Shown: positions 25,414-38,396 of the stretch, one piece after another
Position numbering within the stretch: the first letter of the stretch is position 1
How the letters are laid out: every line of letters starts with the position of its first letter
NCBI GenBank assembly: GCA_030704615.1
Contig: CM060731.1
Location: 63,054,001-63,118,000, forward strand
DNA length: 64,000 nt
Origin: Takakia lepidozioides
Lineage: Eukaryota; Plantae; Bryophyta
Direction: 5' to 3'
Position numbers and translations under genes: made by a program
Notes under the pieces: generated by a model
What the model saw: the letters and a program-made list of their open reading frames with translations, nothing else
Told to the model about the DNA's origin: nothing
The model's database searches: none

Positions 25414-28400
25414 TCACCCCCTCTTCTAGTGCCGAGTTCCTCGAGGAGCGGTAAAATCTTGGGTTTGCTTACAATTGGAGAAAATCCAAAATCCGGCGAA
25501 TGATACTTACCAAGTATTCGGCTCTTCGTTCTTGACTCAAATAATTTATAGGTCCCTACAACCATCGATAGTGTCCAATACCTTGAACTTGGGACCACGC
25601 AGTGATTTAAACATTCTAATTTTCGAAGCTACCTTCAAACATGATTTCGTTGTCATCTGGATCCGAAGCCTCAACCTCCAACAGAATTATCAGACTTCGA
25701 GTAGGTTTCACTTGCCGTCGTACAGGGTCCAGACGAGGAAGTGCGCGTCGCATTGGTGGCCCATCGTCTCAAGAGCGTCGGCGTGATGTTGAAGGTCGTG
25801 AGAGTCGGAACGGCTGATTTGGTAGCTGGGTAAGCGACAACTCCAATGTATTTGGTTCCTCTGACTCCATACTGCCAATACAAGATACAAGAGTGCTAGA
25901 AGTGCTGGAAGTGTAGCTATATATACTGATGTGTGGTGTTCCTTCTTCCTTAGCGTGTATGTGGTACATTGAATGTGTAGTCTTCACCTTGAAGCTACTT
26001 GACTGACATCATCGTTGTGACGTCTTATTGACGTGTAGCTCGGGGTTTGGCTGGATATCGTTGATGAAACTGTTGGACTTTGTCAGATGCATTGGCGAGG
26101 TTGGATGAAAGTTCTCACGTTCGTTCGCTGATGTCATAGCCTTTTCAATGTATAAAATACTCAAGACGTTTATACTTGATGCGAGAGTCTAGGACTTCGT
26201 CGACTTCATACTCAATTTCCTGATTGACTTCGATTGGTGGAGGTGGTACGGAGATTCTCTCTGGAATATTCGATGGATGATACAACTCCAATAATGAAAC
26301 ATGAAAGACTGGATGGATGCGCATACTTCGTAGGAGTTCAAGCCGAAAACTGACCGGATTTATTTGTCGAATAATTTTAAATTGTCACAGGCGTTGATAA
26401 TCCAACTTCTTTAATGGTCGCGAGGTTTGTATGTCCCGTCGAAGAAGCCACACACGATCTCCGACCTTAAACTGAGGTTGGAGTTAAAGACGTTGATCTG
26501 CATACTCCTTGTATTGTTTTTGAGCTTCTACGAGGTGGAATGTAAGCCCCTTGTGAGTCGTAGCAAGATGAGTAACAAAGTTTTCTGCAACAGGGCTTCC
26601 AACAGTCTTCATGTGGAAAGGTTTGCTCGAGGATGATGATCATAATTGGAGAAAAATGGAGTTTGTTTGGTCGAAGAATGTATAGTGTTGTTGTATGCAA
26701 ACTCAGCCAATGACAGAAGGACCGTCCAATTATCTTGGTGATAATTTATTGTACAGCGAAGATACTGCTCCAAGATCTGGTTTACACGTTCGGTTTGACC
26801 ATCAGTCTATGGATGATTAGCTGTAGAGATGTTGATCTTAGTATCCAATATGTGAAATAATCCCCTCCAGAAATTTGATATGAACTGTGGTCATCGATCA
26901 GATACGATGGCATTCGGGAGTCCATGAATACAGTAGATATTATTGAGGAAGAGTCTTGCAGTTTCTTCGCCGATAATCGTCTTATTACATGGAATGAAAT
27001 GTGTTATCTTCGTAAAACGATCTACAATAACAAGGATTGAATCGGTGGTCTTGGAAATTAGAAGGTCCGTAATAAAGTCCATAGACACGGACGACCATGG
27101 ACCCTTGGGAATGGGTAATGGTTGAAAAAGGCTGTAAGGTCGATGTCGTGGTCCATTCGTTCTAGCACACGTGTCGCAAGATTTTATAAATTCTTTCACG
27201 AGTTTCCATATCTGCGGCCACCAATAGTCCCTGGATATCAATTCCATTGTTTTGTTGAAGCCAAAATGTCCTGCAGTCGGAAGATCATGACATGTTTGAA
27301 GAATTCGTAGTCGTGTAGGTCCTGGAGGTACAGAAAGAAGTCCCTTGAAATAAAGTAAGTAATCTTTGAATTCGAAGTCGTTTGTAACATGTGGGTTGTT
27401 TCGATGACGATTTAGTTGACTTCGTAATGTCGTAGCAAATTGGTCGCTTTTCAGTGCTTCCTGAATCTCCTTTATGATCTTTGCATCGTCATAAGTGCAC
27501 ATGGATAACATATTAAATTGGAGATTTGTTGGTTTCAAGATGATGGATTTTTGTTGGTCAAAAGCTGCATCCCCTTCTTTTGGCGCAAAATACGATCGTC
27601 AAGAAAGAGCATCGGGTTTCCCTTGAAGATGTCCGGGACGGTAGGTAATAACAAAATCAAACATTGCTAGTGACATACTGCATCTCGTTTGTCGTCGATT
27701 CAAAATACGAACACTCATAAAATACTCGAGGTTTTTGTGATCGGTATAGACTGTGACTTGATCTTTAGCTCCCTCCAATAGATGTACGCCACTCCTCAAA
27801 AACATCGATAATCGCTAGAAGTTCTTTGCTATGGATTTCATAATTGATCTCCGCAGCGGAAAATTTGCGAGAACGAAAACCAACAGGGTGAAGTCGGTCA
27901 TCTGTACCGTATTGAGAAAGTACCGCGCCAAGTGCAAAATGTGATGCATCTGCTTCCAAAAAGAATGGTTTAGATGGGTCTACGTGTACCAGTATTGGAG
28001 CCGTTATAAATGTCTGCTTCAGTTTTTCAAATGTTTGGTCAGCCTTCTCGTCCCATACAAATTTGTCCTTCCCTGTGAGTCGTGTCAATGGTGCAGCAAT
28101 TTTGGAACAGCCCTTGATGAAGATTCTATAGAAATTTGCAAATCCTAGAAAACATTGTACATCTCGGACCGAAGTTGGTTTTAATCCACTCGATGATGGT
28201 TTGTATTTTTTTCTGATCTATAAAGACTCTTTTGTCGAAAATAATGTAGTCCAAAAATTCGATTTCAGATTGGTGGAAAAGACATTTTTCCAACTTGACG
28301 TATAGTCTTTTTTCCCTCAATTTATCAAGAACAAGACGTACATGACGACAATGTTCTTCTTCATTCTGTGAAAATATCAAAATGTCGTCCAAATAGATGA

Positions 28401-30591
28401 CTACAAAGTCATCTAAAAATTCTCGAAAGATGTCATTCATCATGTGTTGAAAAATTGCTGGAGCATTTGTAAGACTGAAAAGCATAACACTGTATTCGAA
28501 ATGTCTATACATTGTACGAAAAGCAGTCTTACATTCGTCTCCTTCTTTTATTCGTACAAGGTTGTAAGCTCATCTCAAGTCGATCTTTGTGAAAAAATTT
28601 GCTCGTCCTAGTTGTTCGAGTAGTCCGAAAATTAGCGGTAATGGGTGACGATTTTTTATAGTGACTTTGTTGAGCCCACGATAGTCCACACACATGCGTA
28701 ATGATCTGTCCTTCTTCTTCACAAATAAGATAGGTGCTCCCGTGGGTGATTTCAAATGTCGAGTGAAATTCTTTGACAAATTTTCATCGATATATCCGCT
28801 TAAAGTAGCCAGCTCCGTCTGAGATAAATTGTAGATCGGGCCAAATGGTGGTTGAGCTTCTTCTTACAACTTAATTGCACAATCATAAGATCGATGTTTC
28901 TGGCAACATGTCTGCATTTTTCTTCTCGAAGACATCATTGAAATCTTGATATTGAGTGGGTAATGTCGAAATACCTTGGTCTGTTGTGGTTTTGATCGGA
29001 GTCGCATAAAGTGCAAATTTCGCGTCTTTCTTCGTATCTCTCATGAAGGCTCTAGCTCCAAGAAACAAGGGTTTAATACCTTTGGTACTTTTACATTTTT
29101 GTCTTGCCGAAATTTTTCGTGATCGTCAGTCGATGTCAGGATTATGAAGTACAAACCAGGGAAGTCCAAGGATCACATGATTCGTTGGAGACTGGATGAC
29201 ATTGAAAACAATTTGTGATGCTTGATTTTTAAACTTCACTTCAAGGGGTCGAGTTTCATGGTCAATGTTTCCTGATGCTAACGGTCGTCCATCGATGACT
29301 TCAACAGGGGTCGAGAATTTCTTTCTTACGAGCGTTAAATTATGTTGCTTCGCAAAGTCTTTGTCAATAAAACACGCTGAGCGCCCGAGTCCAATATTGC
29401 TTCTACGGAGATATCTCGATTTTGCATCGTGATCTTTACTGAAAATGTGAAACAAAGTACAGGGTCTGAAGGTAGAAAGAGACATTTTTTTAGTGAGGAA
29501 TTTGGGATGTCCAGTCGCATGATCTCTATTGTGACTGGACATCTTCGTTTTCCGACCTCCTCGTATCGAATACTTGAGTTGTGCCCCGAGCTTTGAATCT
29601 TCTCTTGTTGGGGCAATTTAATATTATGTGATCATCTTCTCCGCAATAAAGGCATAATTCATTTGAGCGTCGTCTTTGTTTTTCTTGTAGCGTCAATGGC
29701 TTGAATCGGATAGCATCAATCTGTATATGATCATTACCAGATATCTGATAGATCGTTGTGTTTGGTGTCGTAGTAGCAGCGACATGGTGCGTTGTCGACC
29801 ATCTGGATCGTTTCTCTTAACGTCTTTCGAACAAATGATTATCGCATGCAAAGACTTGGGTGATGAATTCGCTCAGTGTACTCACGTTTGGCATTGTCAG
29901 CAACAAATCTTTTACATCCTCTTTTAGGCCACATCGAAATTGACTAATGAGGCTCTTCTCATTCCAGTCGAGGTCGCATGCAAATTGTCGAAATTCGGCA
30001 GCATAAACGGAAGCTGGACGTGTTCCTTGTCGAAGATTTTGCATCTTTGTCTCTGCAACTCTGTCTCTCTCTATCATTATTTCAAAACGTTGTAGCGAAC
30101 TCGGACATGAACGCTTCAAAATTGTATAGTAAATGCGAATTTTTCTCCAATAGCGGTGCAAACCAAGATAGGGCAGTGCCTGATAGAAGAGTGCCCACGA
30201 ATCCCACTTGAATACCTTCATCAGGGTAGTGTTGTGGATGTAGTCGTAGGAACAATCGTACTTGTTGAACAAAACCGCGAAATCTCGATCTCGTCCCATC
30301 AAATTTTTCAGGCATGTTGACATTTGGTTCTCTTGTAATCTGTTGAAGATTTGGAGGAATCGTTGCAGTATGATTTGTTGTAGTAAGGTTGAAGATCTAT
30401 TGTTCGACTTCTTCAACTCTGAAATTTGTTGTTGCAAATTGTCGAGAGCGTTGCCAAGATCTTGAGACTGATCAACTTGTAATTGGACAGTAGAGGTACG
30501 AAGTTCTTGCATCTGGAGCTGAAGACTCTGCAATGTGACGACCATTTCCGCAAATGTGCCTTCCATCTTAACTAACTAAGGAACAAACTTT

Positions 30592-30602
30592 AGTCTCGCC
30601 AA
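30592..30602 (-). promoter_or_regulatory. Self-priming primer-binding site
   Basis: Minus-strand TTGGCGAGACT is the exact complement of AGTCTCGCCAA located inside the LTR (30883-30893), about 25 nt downstream of the TATA box. Confidence 0.75.
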
Positions 30603-30604
30603 AC

Positions 30605-31207
30605 TGTCAAGGACGAGAACGTGACTGAACACAAACAAGAGATCAGACTAGAGGTACAAGACTAGACAAGAAGTCAAGGTCGGCGTGGCCGAGTGCGTGG
30701 TGGATAAACATGAATCAAGATGATCTTTATAACAATGGACAAGAGTACAAGATACTAGAACTCAACTCGAATACTTGAATGCTGGAAACTGGACTGGGGT
30801 ACCAGATACTGGAAACTGGACTAGAGTACTGGAAGCTGGACTGGAGTACTGGGACTGGGAACAAGAGTAGCTTGAACTTGTGTTGGCGAGACTGAAGAGT
30901 ATCCAGTCTCGCCTCCTATATATACTGGTTACTAAGAAGCTTCCCCTATGGAGGTTTTTGCTGGAGAAGTTTCCAAGAGTAAACAAAGGTTTCTTGATGG
31001 AGAAGTTTCCTCCAAAATGAAGCTTCCTGAGTAGTTTCCCAAGTTACTCTTGGTAATTTGATAAACTCCCGGTAACTTGGTAAGTAATGGTAAATTATGG
31101 TAGATCATGGTAAATTACGGTAAGTCATGATAACTTCCGATAATATGATAACTTGGTAATTTCTGGTATTTACTCTTGGTAAGTTCCTCTGGGCTATGTC
31201 CGTGACA
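30605..31207 (-). repeat. 5' LTR of the chromovirus
   Basis: TGTCAAGGACGAGAAC...TATGTCCGTGACA; contains TATATATA at ~30917; immediately upstream of the PBS and gag ATG (30566) on the minus strand. Confidence 0.93.
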
Positions 31208-31277
31208 ATATCTATCTTTGTGTCTATGTTAATGTTTGGTGTATGATTATGATTATGATTGTAGCATTTGTTTATGG

Positions 31278-31556
31278 CAGTGTTTTTTTTTCAAATTTGG
31301 AAAATAACAGGAGTGACTACTAAGTTTTGCAGAAAATAGCCATATTTTCTGTTTATCCACTGAAGTTTCGACAGAATCATCCTCCTCTGTACTTTCATCC
31401 ATGTATATCATCCATATTAGGCGAATTCATTCCATGTTGTGTTTTGGAGAATTTTGGCGATTTCATCCATGAGAAAATAGGGAATTTACGACAGAATATT
31501 CGAATTCGTTTTCTGAGGTTGAAAAGTGCGAAATTTCGGCAGAAATAAAAACACGG
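31278..31556. mobile_element. hAT-type MITE
   Basis: TIRs CAGTGTTTTT / AAAAACACGG; 8-bp TSD GTTTATGG (31270-31277) / GTTTGTGG (31557-31564). Confidence 0.65.
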
Positions 31557-32348
31557 GTTTGTGGTGCTCTAAAAAAAACTGCGTAGAAACCAAAAGAACC
31601 ACTATATCGTAAAATGCACTCTTCTAGTTGTATTTATAATATGTTGCACGGTATATATGTTAATAGTAAAATACATTCTTGTTCGTTTTTGTAACGTTTT
31701 TTCATGTTATCGTGTTTTGATTGTATTTGGTCCTTGGTAACATTATTTCTAGTGCGCTAGTTGAATATATCTGTAATAGTTGCCATCCAAATCAAGCTTG
31801 CACCCTTCTTTGGTAGTTCCAGATGCGTTGGACGAAGCCATTGCTAAAGAAGCTTCAATCCAGTGATGCAAATCAACATCCTACAACTTGTGAATTAGAA
31901 CCAGAAAATGAACGTGATTTGCAAGCCGAGCATTTTGAAGATACCTTTGGGTTAATCTGGCACAAATTCAGATGATTCGACTGATTTAGCCTTCGTAATC
32001 AATATCAACTTGAGAGCAAATCTGAAAAGAGTGTTCAGTGGAGATATTATAATATTTATATGGTGTTGATGTTACTTTTAGAGTCGTTCATTTTCTGATT
32101 CATTATTATGCCCAAGCACTATACCTGGTACCATTAGCAAAGTGTACTCTGTTCTTTTTAAGTCCCGCTTCTGTTGTGCTTGACACATTCTTCATTCTTC
32201 TTTCGTGTTTGTCGAAACGTTTTCTCCCCGCGGTTACTTTCTTTCAGTTGTAGGTACAACAGGCGCGATGGCCGACTTTGAGACCATGAATGTAGCGTTC
32301 GTTAAGATATGGGGTATCTCGAGGACCGATTTGCGATGCCACAAGGGT

Positions 32349-32724
32349 TCAATCAAGTGCATAGAGGAAAACCCATGTGTCCTGGACACTTTGAGGGTGA
32401 GTCTCCAATAACAAAATATTGGAGTGATGTGTCATCTACTACTAACCCTCACCTCTCCACAATGCTGAAATCATGTCTGTGAGTTGCTTTACTTGAAGTA
32501 GTTTTATTTCTTGTTTATTGGTTTGTTGGTGGAGAGATAGAGATATACTGAAGGGTCCAAGGGTGTCTACACTATCTGTACTCAAGCATGGTAGCCAATT
32601 ATTCATGAAATTCAGTCTATAATGGGAATGATAGGAAGAGCATAGGATGATTCATGAACAAAGGACAAATGGAGATAAAACATTGACTTGGTAAGAAGTC
32701 AAACAGATGTCTTACACTCAAAAA
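32349..32724 (+). pseudogene. Isolated two-exon cytochrome P450 fragment (CYP85 clan, CYP722/CYP733-like I-J-K helix region)
   Basis: SIKCIEENPCVLDTLR|gtgag...atag|EEHRMIHEQRTNGDKTLTW*EVKQMSYTQK|gt; resembles 'IKFLGENP.VLEQLREEH.....LTW.EV..M.YT.KV'. Internal TAA; rest of the gene not seen. Confidence 0.6.
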
Positions 32725-33338
32725 GTTGGTGAATGTAATTGTGTAAGGTTTTTGGGCCTCAACGATCCTGGTCCTCTGCAACAACATGCATATAATTGAT
32801 GGCAACCAGATTCCAAGTTAGAGTGTTTTCATCAGTGTCTGCAACCTAAACTTTTATACTATTGGACCAAATAGTTATCCAAGAACTTGGTGCTCATTGT
32901 TGTATTCCTCATTAGCTGTATTCTTCTACCACTGCAAATGGGGGGAACATGTTGTCCTCTAGATATCATAGTACTGTTCTTAACTTGTACTTATATTTTC
33001 ACCATATAGACACTTTTATGGTAATGGAAATGCTTGAGTGTGATTCTCTCTATGATATGACATGCTTAATGTACATAACTTTCAATTTACTCCAGAAATG
33101 CTGACCAGAAAATCGAGGCAGATGCATACCTTCAGATGAACATAGCCATTCAGTTGAAGGTCCGGATGTCTGCATCGCTGACGACGTAGCGATCGCCCTG
33201 GCGCCTGCCATCGCCCCCTGAACGAACAAAGTAGACGACGCTATAATTTAAATTATCTCGCCTTACATCTGTGAAACATATCAATCTTTTCCATTGTCCC
33301 TAGCAATATTAACGGCAGTACGGGCGCATGTGGATTTG

Positions 33339-33376
33339 AGCCCATAACCACTGGGAGTTCTAGGAATTTAGGGTTT
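33339..33376 (-). promoter_or_regulatory. Site II (TGGGCT) plus telo-box (AAACCCTA) upstream of eIF4E
   Basis: AGCCCA at 33339-33344 and TAGGGTTT at 33369-33376, ~100 bp before the ATG. This pairing is typical of plant translation-machinery promoters. Confidence 0.5.
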
Positions 33377-33469
33377 GGGTCCCGTGCATCACTGAAGAGT
33401 GAAGAGACGGGAAGGGAGGAGACTGAGGAGACATTTTCAGAGAGGCCAGAAAGAGTGCGGATCGGAGAT

Positions 33470-36063
33470 ATGGCGGAGGAGGAGAAAGCTGCCGTTTGTG
33501 GGAGAGCTAGACGAGACTCTCAAGACAGAGGCTCCTGAGGAAGGGGAGATCGTGTTGTCGGAGGGGGAAGTGTTGATGGAGGGAAAAAGCATCCGCTGGA
33601 GCACGCCTGGGCGTTTTGGTTTGATAATCCTGACGGAAAGCAGAAGCAGGCTACGTGGGGTAGCTCTCTCCGGCCTGTCTATACCTTCTCCACAGTTGAA
33701 GATTTCTGGTGGTATGGATATGGAATCTCTGTCTCTCTCTCCTTTCTTTCCTATTAAAATCTTTTATCTAGCTTTCAGTAACTTGTAAAGGATTTCTGGG
33801 GATATGGAATCTCTCTCTCTCTCCTTTCTCTCCTATTGAAATCAATGAGCTAGTTTTTATCTAGCTTTCAGAAACCTATATTGGAATTCTCTTCCATTTC
33901 GGGTAGCTAGTAGTTGAAGTTTTCAAGGCCTTAAAGGGCTGCTTGGCTTGAGCGGCTGACCTACTTGGGGAAATTTCCTGTGGGTAGATTGTCTATCTGT
34001 CTACCTTTCACCTTCTCCCCTGACTGTCGTTTGAAGTTTCTAAGTGAGATTTTGTAAGATTTGCGCACCATTGTGACGTACGGGAGTAGGATAGTCTAAC
34101 TTGCCACGTTGAATCAAGGTGTTAACTCTGCTGTCTATATGCAGCCTGTACAACAACGTGCTGCAACCCAGCAAGCTGATTGCAGGTGCTGATTTCCACT
34201 GCTTCAAGGCTGGAATCGAACCGAAGTGGGAGGATCCCAAGTGTGTGCACGGTGGCAAATGGACTCCAAACACTCCCCGGGGTGGCAAGGGCGCCCTCGA
34301 CACTTACTGGCTCCACACTGTAGGTTTTGACTTAGCCTTGTGCTTTGTGATTGAATGCAACTTCACACTGGAGATGTCACTTATGCATCACAACAACCAA
34401 TCTATTTCACCTTTTGGCTACTACTGCCCACCCCCATCTCTGCCTGCTAACCATGGAGATCCAGGAGAGCTTCAGTCCTAAGAGTTTTGGTTTAGCTTTC
34501 TCTCTGTGAAGGGATAGAAAGCCGTCCCTCATGTAACTGGCTCCTGGTTGTTGGCTCCAGCTGCCATCCCTTCTTTCTTCTCCGCAGATGATTGAATTGA
34601 CAAAGGGATTTCCCACCTTCGTTTTGCAATGGGAGCTGTACACATAGCCTGTGGGTGAGTGTGCGGAGTTCGCCTTGAGGATCTGGATGGATGAAATGAC
34701 AACTCGTGCCAACTGGTCATCCAATTGGATGGATGAAAAGACAGCTGCCTTACCGATCTGGCTGCCTAAAGGCATCCAAGTCTTCCCTGGTCACATAACT
34801 GGCCGAGGATTGTTCTTCTGCTTCTGTTTGACTCATGTCAGCAGTTGTGTGTAAATTTCCCTCAAGCATCCTTTGCACTACCTTTTCATGAAACTTGAGA
34901 GAGGTCACTAAGATGCCTTTGGTAATTGGATGCAGGCTGCGACATCGTTTTCCTCTTTCTGTTTACCTTCCTCTCTTCTCCATTTGCCTCTCTTTTACTT
35001 TGGTTTATTGTATTGCAGTCATGCCGGCATTCTGATGTTGTTATGTTGTCTTAAGATTTGCATTTTCGTTTGTGTCTGCAGCTGCTGGCAATGATTGGGG
35101 AGCAATTTGATGAAGGGGATGAAATGTGGGGCTGTGGTGAGTGTGCAGAGACAACAAGACAAGATTGCCATCTGGACCAAGACAGCATCCAATGAAGCTG
35201 CCCAGGTTGGCAGTTGACTCCTGACTGAATTGGTGACTATTAGAGCTACTTGCATGCTCAAGCAGCCACGTTTTCATTTGTTGCAAATGGGCAGATGGAT
35301 ATTGTCACTTGGCATGTGGAATTTGATCTTCAGATGTTACAGCCAGATTACAGTTGTATGTGTTGTTATGGTGGAGGGGTCGAGTTTCAAACCTCTTTGT
35401 AACTTCAAGGCTTGTCATCTGTAGATGTTAAAGATGTTTGTGAAAACCACATTGAGTGCTGGTGGTGTTTCACATCATCTACAGGAAGACATTTTAGTTG
35501 GTGGTCTCTTTGAAAATCACCGAGAAACAATTTAGCCCTCTTGTCCACACAGATGTGGCAAACATTAATAAATGTCTATGGTGGTGCAGATGAGTGTGGG
35601 GAAGCAATGGAAGGAAGTACTGGATTACAACGATAAGCTTGGCTATTTGTTCCGTGTACGAGTTTTTACCGTCAGCTCACCTAATCGACCTTTCATCTAT
35701 GATGTCTCAATCTTGAGTTAACGTTCTGTTAAGCCTATTTTTTGTAGGAGATCAACGCCCCTGTGCCAGTCATTGGTTCAGCTGTGTCAGTCTGAAATTG
35801 GAGTAGTGGGGCATAGCCAATGATAATCTGGGTATGGAGTTCAGGGCAATGCATTTCCAAATAAAAGCAATCTTGCCTTAGTAGTTTATACCTTCATACA
35901 GGTTGTACTGAGAGTCACAGTATAGAGACCAAAGGGCATGGGAAAGGGAGGGGGAGAAGTGTAATGTTCTGCTCTTAAGGAGCTGATACAAGTTTTGTCG
36001 TGGGCTCCTCAGGACGATGCAAAAAGACAGGAAAAAGCAGCCAAGAATCGGTACACAGTGTAA
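33470..36063 (+). pseudogene. EIF4E: Cap-binding translation initiation factor eIF4E/eIF(iso)4E family, 5 exons, disabled
   Basis: [33 protein letters not shown]|[28 protein letters not shown]|[28 protein letters not shown]|MSVGKQWKEVLD|DDAKR..KNRYTV*. In-frame TGA at 33536-33538 and a 2-bp deletion at ~35124 in exon 3. Confidence 0.9.
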
Positions 36064-37535
36064 AGATCACGTCAGAAGTTCTAAGCTATTTTTAGTTGCT
36101 CCTCCATATGTTGTTACTCTTTTGCGAGGATGGCCATTTATTTTTCAACCAAAGAGAAAGAGAGAGAACAGCAGAGAGGGCAAACTACAAAGCTGCGCTT
36201 TGGTACACCGGCTGCAGGTTTGACATGAGTACATGTCAGCTTCCTTTGACCTGCAGAGGTGAGTAGAGTACAGAGAATTGAGAGCCAGAGATATAGTAAG
36301 AGCCAAAAAATAAGTTTGAAAGCTGACATGAGGAAATGAACATTGCCTATAAGTTGAAGTCCAGGTCTTTGATTGCATTATGTATGTTATGTGTGGTAGC
36401 TGGTCTCTTTCATGAACCTGTCAATATGAGCAGTCTTCTGATGTATTATCCAGGGCTAGTGTTGTTCACTACAGTCTTCTTTCCCTGTGTCTGCCAAGTG
36501 AAGCTTGTTGTCATTCCAACCAAGAAAAGCCCAGCTGGCACACCGTCAGGGGATAAGGTTGGTCTCCACAAGAATCTTTGGTGGAGACATGCTCTGAATC
36601 GAAAGCTGTCTATGACCAAAATTTGACCCAAGATTTACTGGGAGTACACAATATAAACAAATGTTTATTGCAGTAGTGTCTATTGTTTTGGTATTTCTTG
36701 TCAGTTCTGTATGTTCAAATTGGGGCGATCTAGGGGATCTGTAGTCATCTAGATGAGCAACATCACTTACGTATATTCCATTTATAATAGTAACAAAATT
36801 GAGAGTATCTGTACATGTACATTACTGTACGCCCCACCATATTTTGTGTCCTGTCCTTGTACTCCCTAGTCTGATGACATCCTTTTTGTTCGTACAAGCT
36901 ATTGCTATAACATATGAATGGGCTAGATGATTATGTTGCACATTGGGTCATATCTACAGGGTTCTCGAGTAATGCAACACTTGAATGTGGAGAAAGGAAG
37001 AAAAGTGAATGAACCAGCCACCGGGTCTTGTTAATTCCAGCAAGACGAGAGAAAGGAAGCTCATACAACTGTTTATGCAGCGGCTCCTCCACTCAGCACC
37101 AATATCTTAAGGTAGTTGCTCAGGGGATTGGTATCATGGTCTGTTGGTTTGGATAGTGTGACTAACAAGCTCTGATACAATACACATCTGTGTCAACTGC
37201 GAAATTCCCTCACTGTAGGAACTCTTTGGATTTACAGACACATGAATTATCCCTGTAAAGCAGTGAACCCCCTACTGTACTGTATGTCCTCTATTATAAG
37301 TTATCCCTAAATGAACACCCAATTTTGCATGCAATGAGCACTACAAAGTATCTTGGATGAGTTAGAAACTCTGGCAGGCCAATCCAAGAATTGAAATAAT
37401 AGACACTTAACATGTGGCATCTCCAACTATTGGAGTATTGCACTGGCATGAGAAACATCTTAATGAGCAAATCCAAAATGCCATCAGCACAGTATATTTC
37501 TTGAAATGTCCAAAAAAACAGTAGCTCCCTAGGTA

Positions 37536-38396
37536 CTATGAAGAAAATCTTCCATCATGGAAAAAATTCCAAAATGTGTCTTGAAGAAAGCCAAACCTGG
37601 AGTAGATCCATTTATGTGGCAACTCCGAAATCTCCCCTGGAACATACAATACAAAGTGTGCAAGAAGACTTTCAAGAAATCCGATGACCAAGCCTGCTAC
37701 AACGTCTAAGAAAAAATGCCGACCCAGTATGATGCGAGATGCCATAGTGGCGACTGCCCAGGTGGTTATTGTAATTGCAACCATAATTACCAGCCAATCT
37801 TCAATTGCAGGCAACAAATCATCTATGATTGGATGGCAATCTTTGAACAAGTTCTTCAGGGGTAACATCGAAATCTGAGAAGAATGATTCTTCCACATCG
37901 CCAGATACAGCCAGAAAAAGGTTGCAATCATGACACCCCGAGTGGAATGGCCACTGGGGAACGACCAGTGATCCAAAGAGACAACAAGGAGGTGGCCCCT
38001 GTTATAGACTGGCCGTGGCCGCTTCACAATCCCTTTCATGATCGCAACCAATAGACAATCAAATATGAAACCAATAAAGAGGTTGAAAAGAAACAAGCGA
38101 ATTTCAGGTGGCAACTTTGTTGGGGCAAGCCAAAGGGCAGCTACTGCAGGGATCCAGAAGAGCCCATCCCCTGAGAATTCAAAAATCCGCAGAAAAGCAT
38201 AGGAACTTGGTCCCAGACATTTCTCGTGCAGCCACTGTGAAAGTTGCTGATCAAAATCTGTAACACGCTCCACCAGGCTTGGATGAGGATGTGGTTCTGA
38301 GACTTGCACAGATTGCACAGTAGATCCTCCCCTGGCTTTTCTGTGCCGTGTGCTTGACAGTGGTGAAGGCCGGTGATTTTGCTGTGATGTACCCAT
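37536..38396 (-). CDS. PAP2-superfamily lipid phosphate phosphatase (LPP-beta / PLPP6-like), 286 aa, single coding exon
   Basis: All three catalytic motifs: KGIVKRPRP, SFPSGH, SRIILGRHFFLDV; several hydrophobic TM segments; open ORF. Confidence 0.92.
   Translation of the reverse strand: MGTSQQNHRPSPLSSTRHRKARGGSTVQSVQVSEPHPHPSLVERVTDFDQQLSQWLHEKCLGPSSYAFLRIFEFSGDGLFWIPAVAALWLAPTKLPPEIRLFLFNLFIGFIFDCLLVAIMKGIVKRPRPVYNRGHLLVVSLDHWSFPSGHSTRGVMIATFFWLYLAMWKNHSSQISMLPLKNLFKDCHPIIDDLLPAIEDWLVIMVAITITTWAVATMASRIILGRHFFLDVVAGLVIGFLESLLAHFVLYVPGEISELPHKWIYSRFGFLQDTFWNFFHDGRFSS

Larger units (their letters stand above)
24864..31207 (-). mobile_element. Full-length degenerate Ty3/gypsy chromovirus (Tf1/sushi/Tcn1-like)
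   Basis: Two TG..CA LTRs; TSD ATATT/ATATC; gag (PEKFDGTR, LRQGTRPASVYAAEFR), protease (AILDSGA), RT (YLDDILIFS), RNase H (EADAS, VYTDHKNL), integrase (HFGFNKT, SMDFITDL), chromodomain (EYEVDEVLDSR, ~26100-26215); PPT AGAAGAGGGGGTGA next to the left LTR. Many stops and frameshifts. Confidence 0.95.

Noticed and set aside
37160-37290. tRNA-Met PBS-like sequence (TTGTATCAGAGC, minus strand) next to a possible LTR remnant
   Set aside because: One mismatch to the canonical PBS and no paired LTR or coding domain identified.
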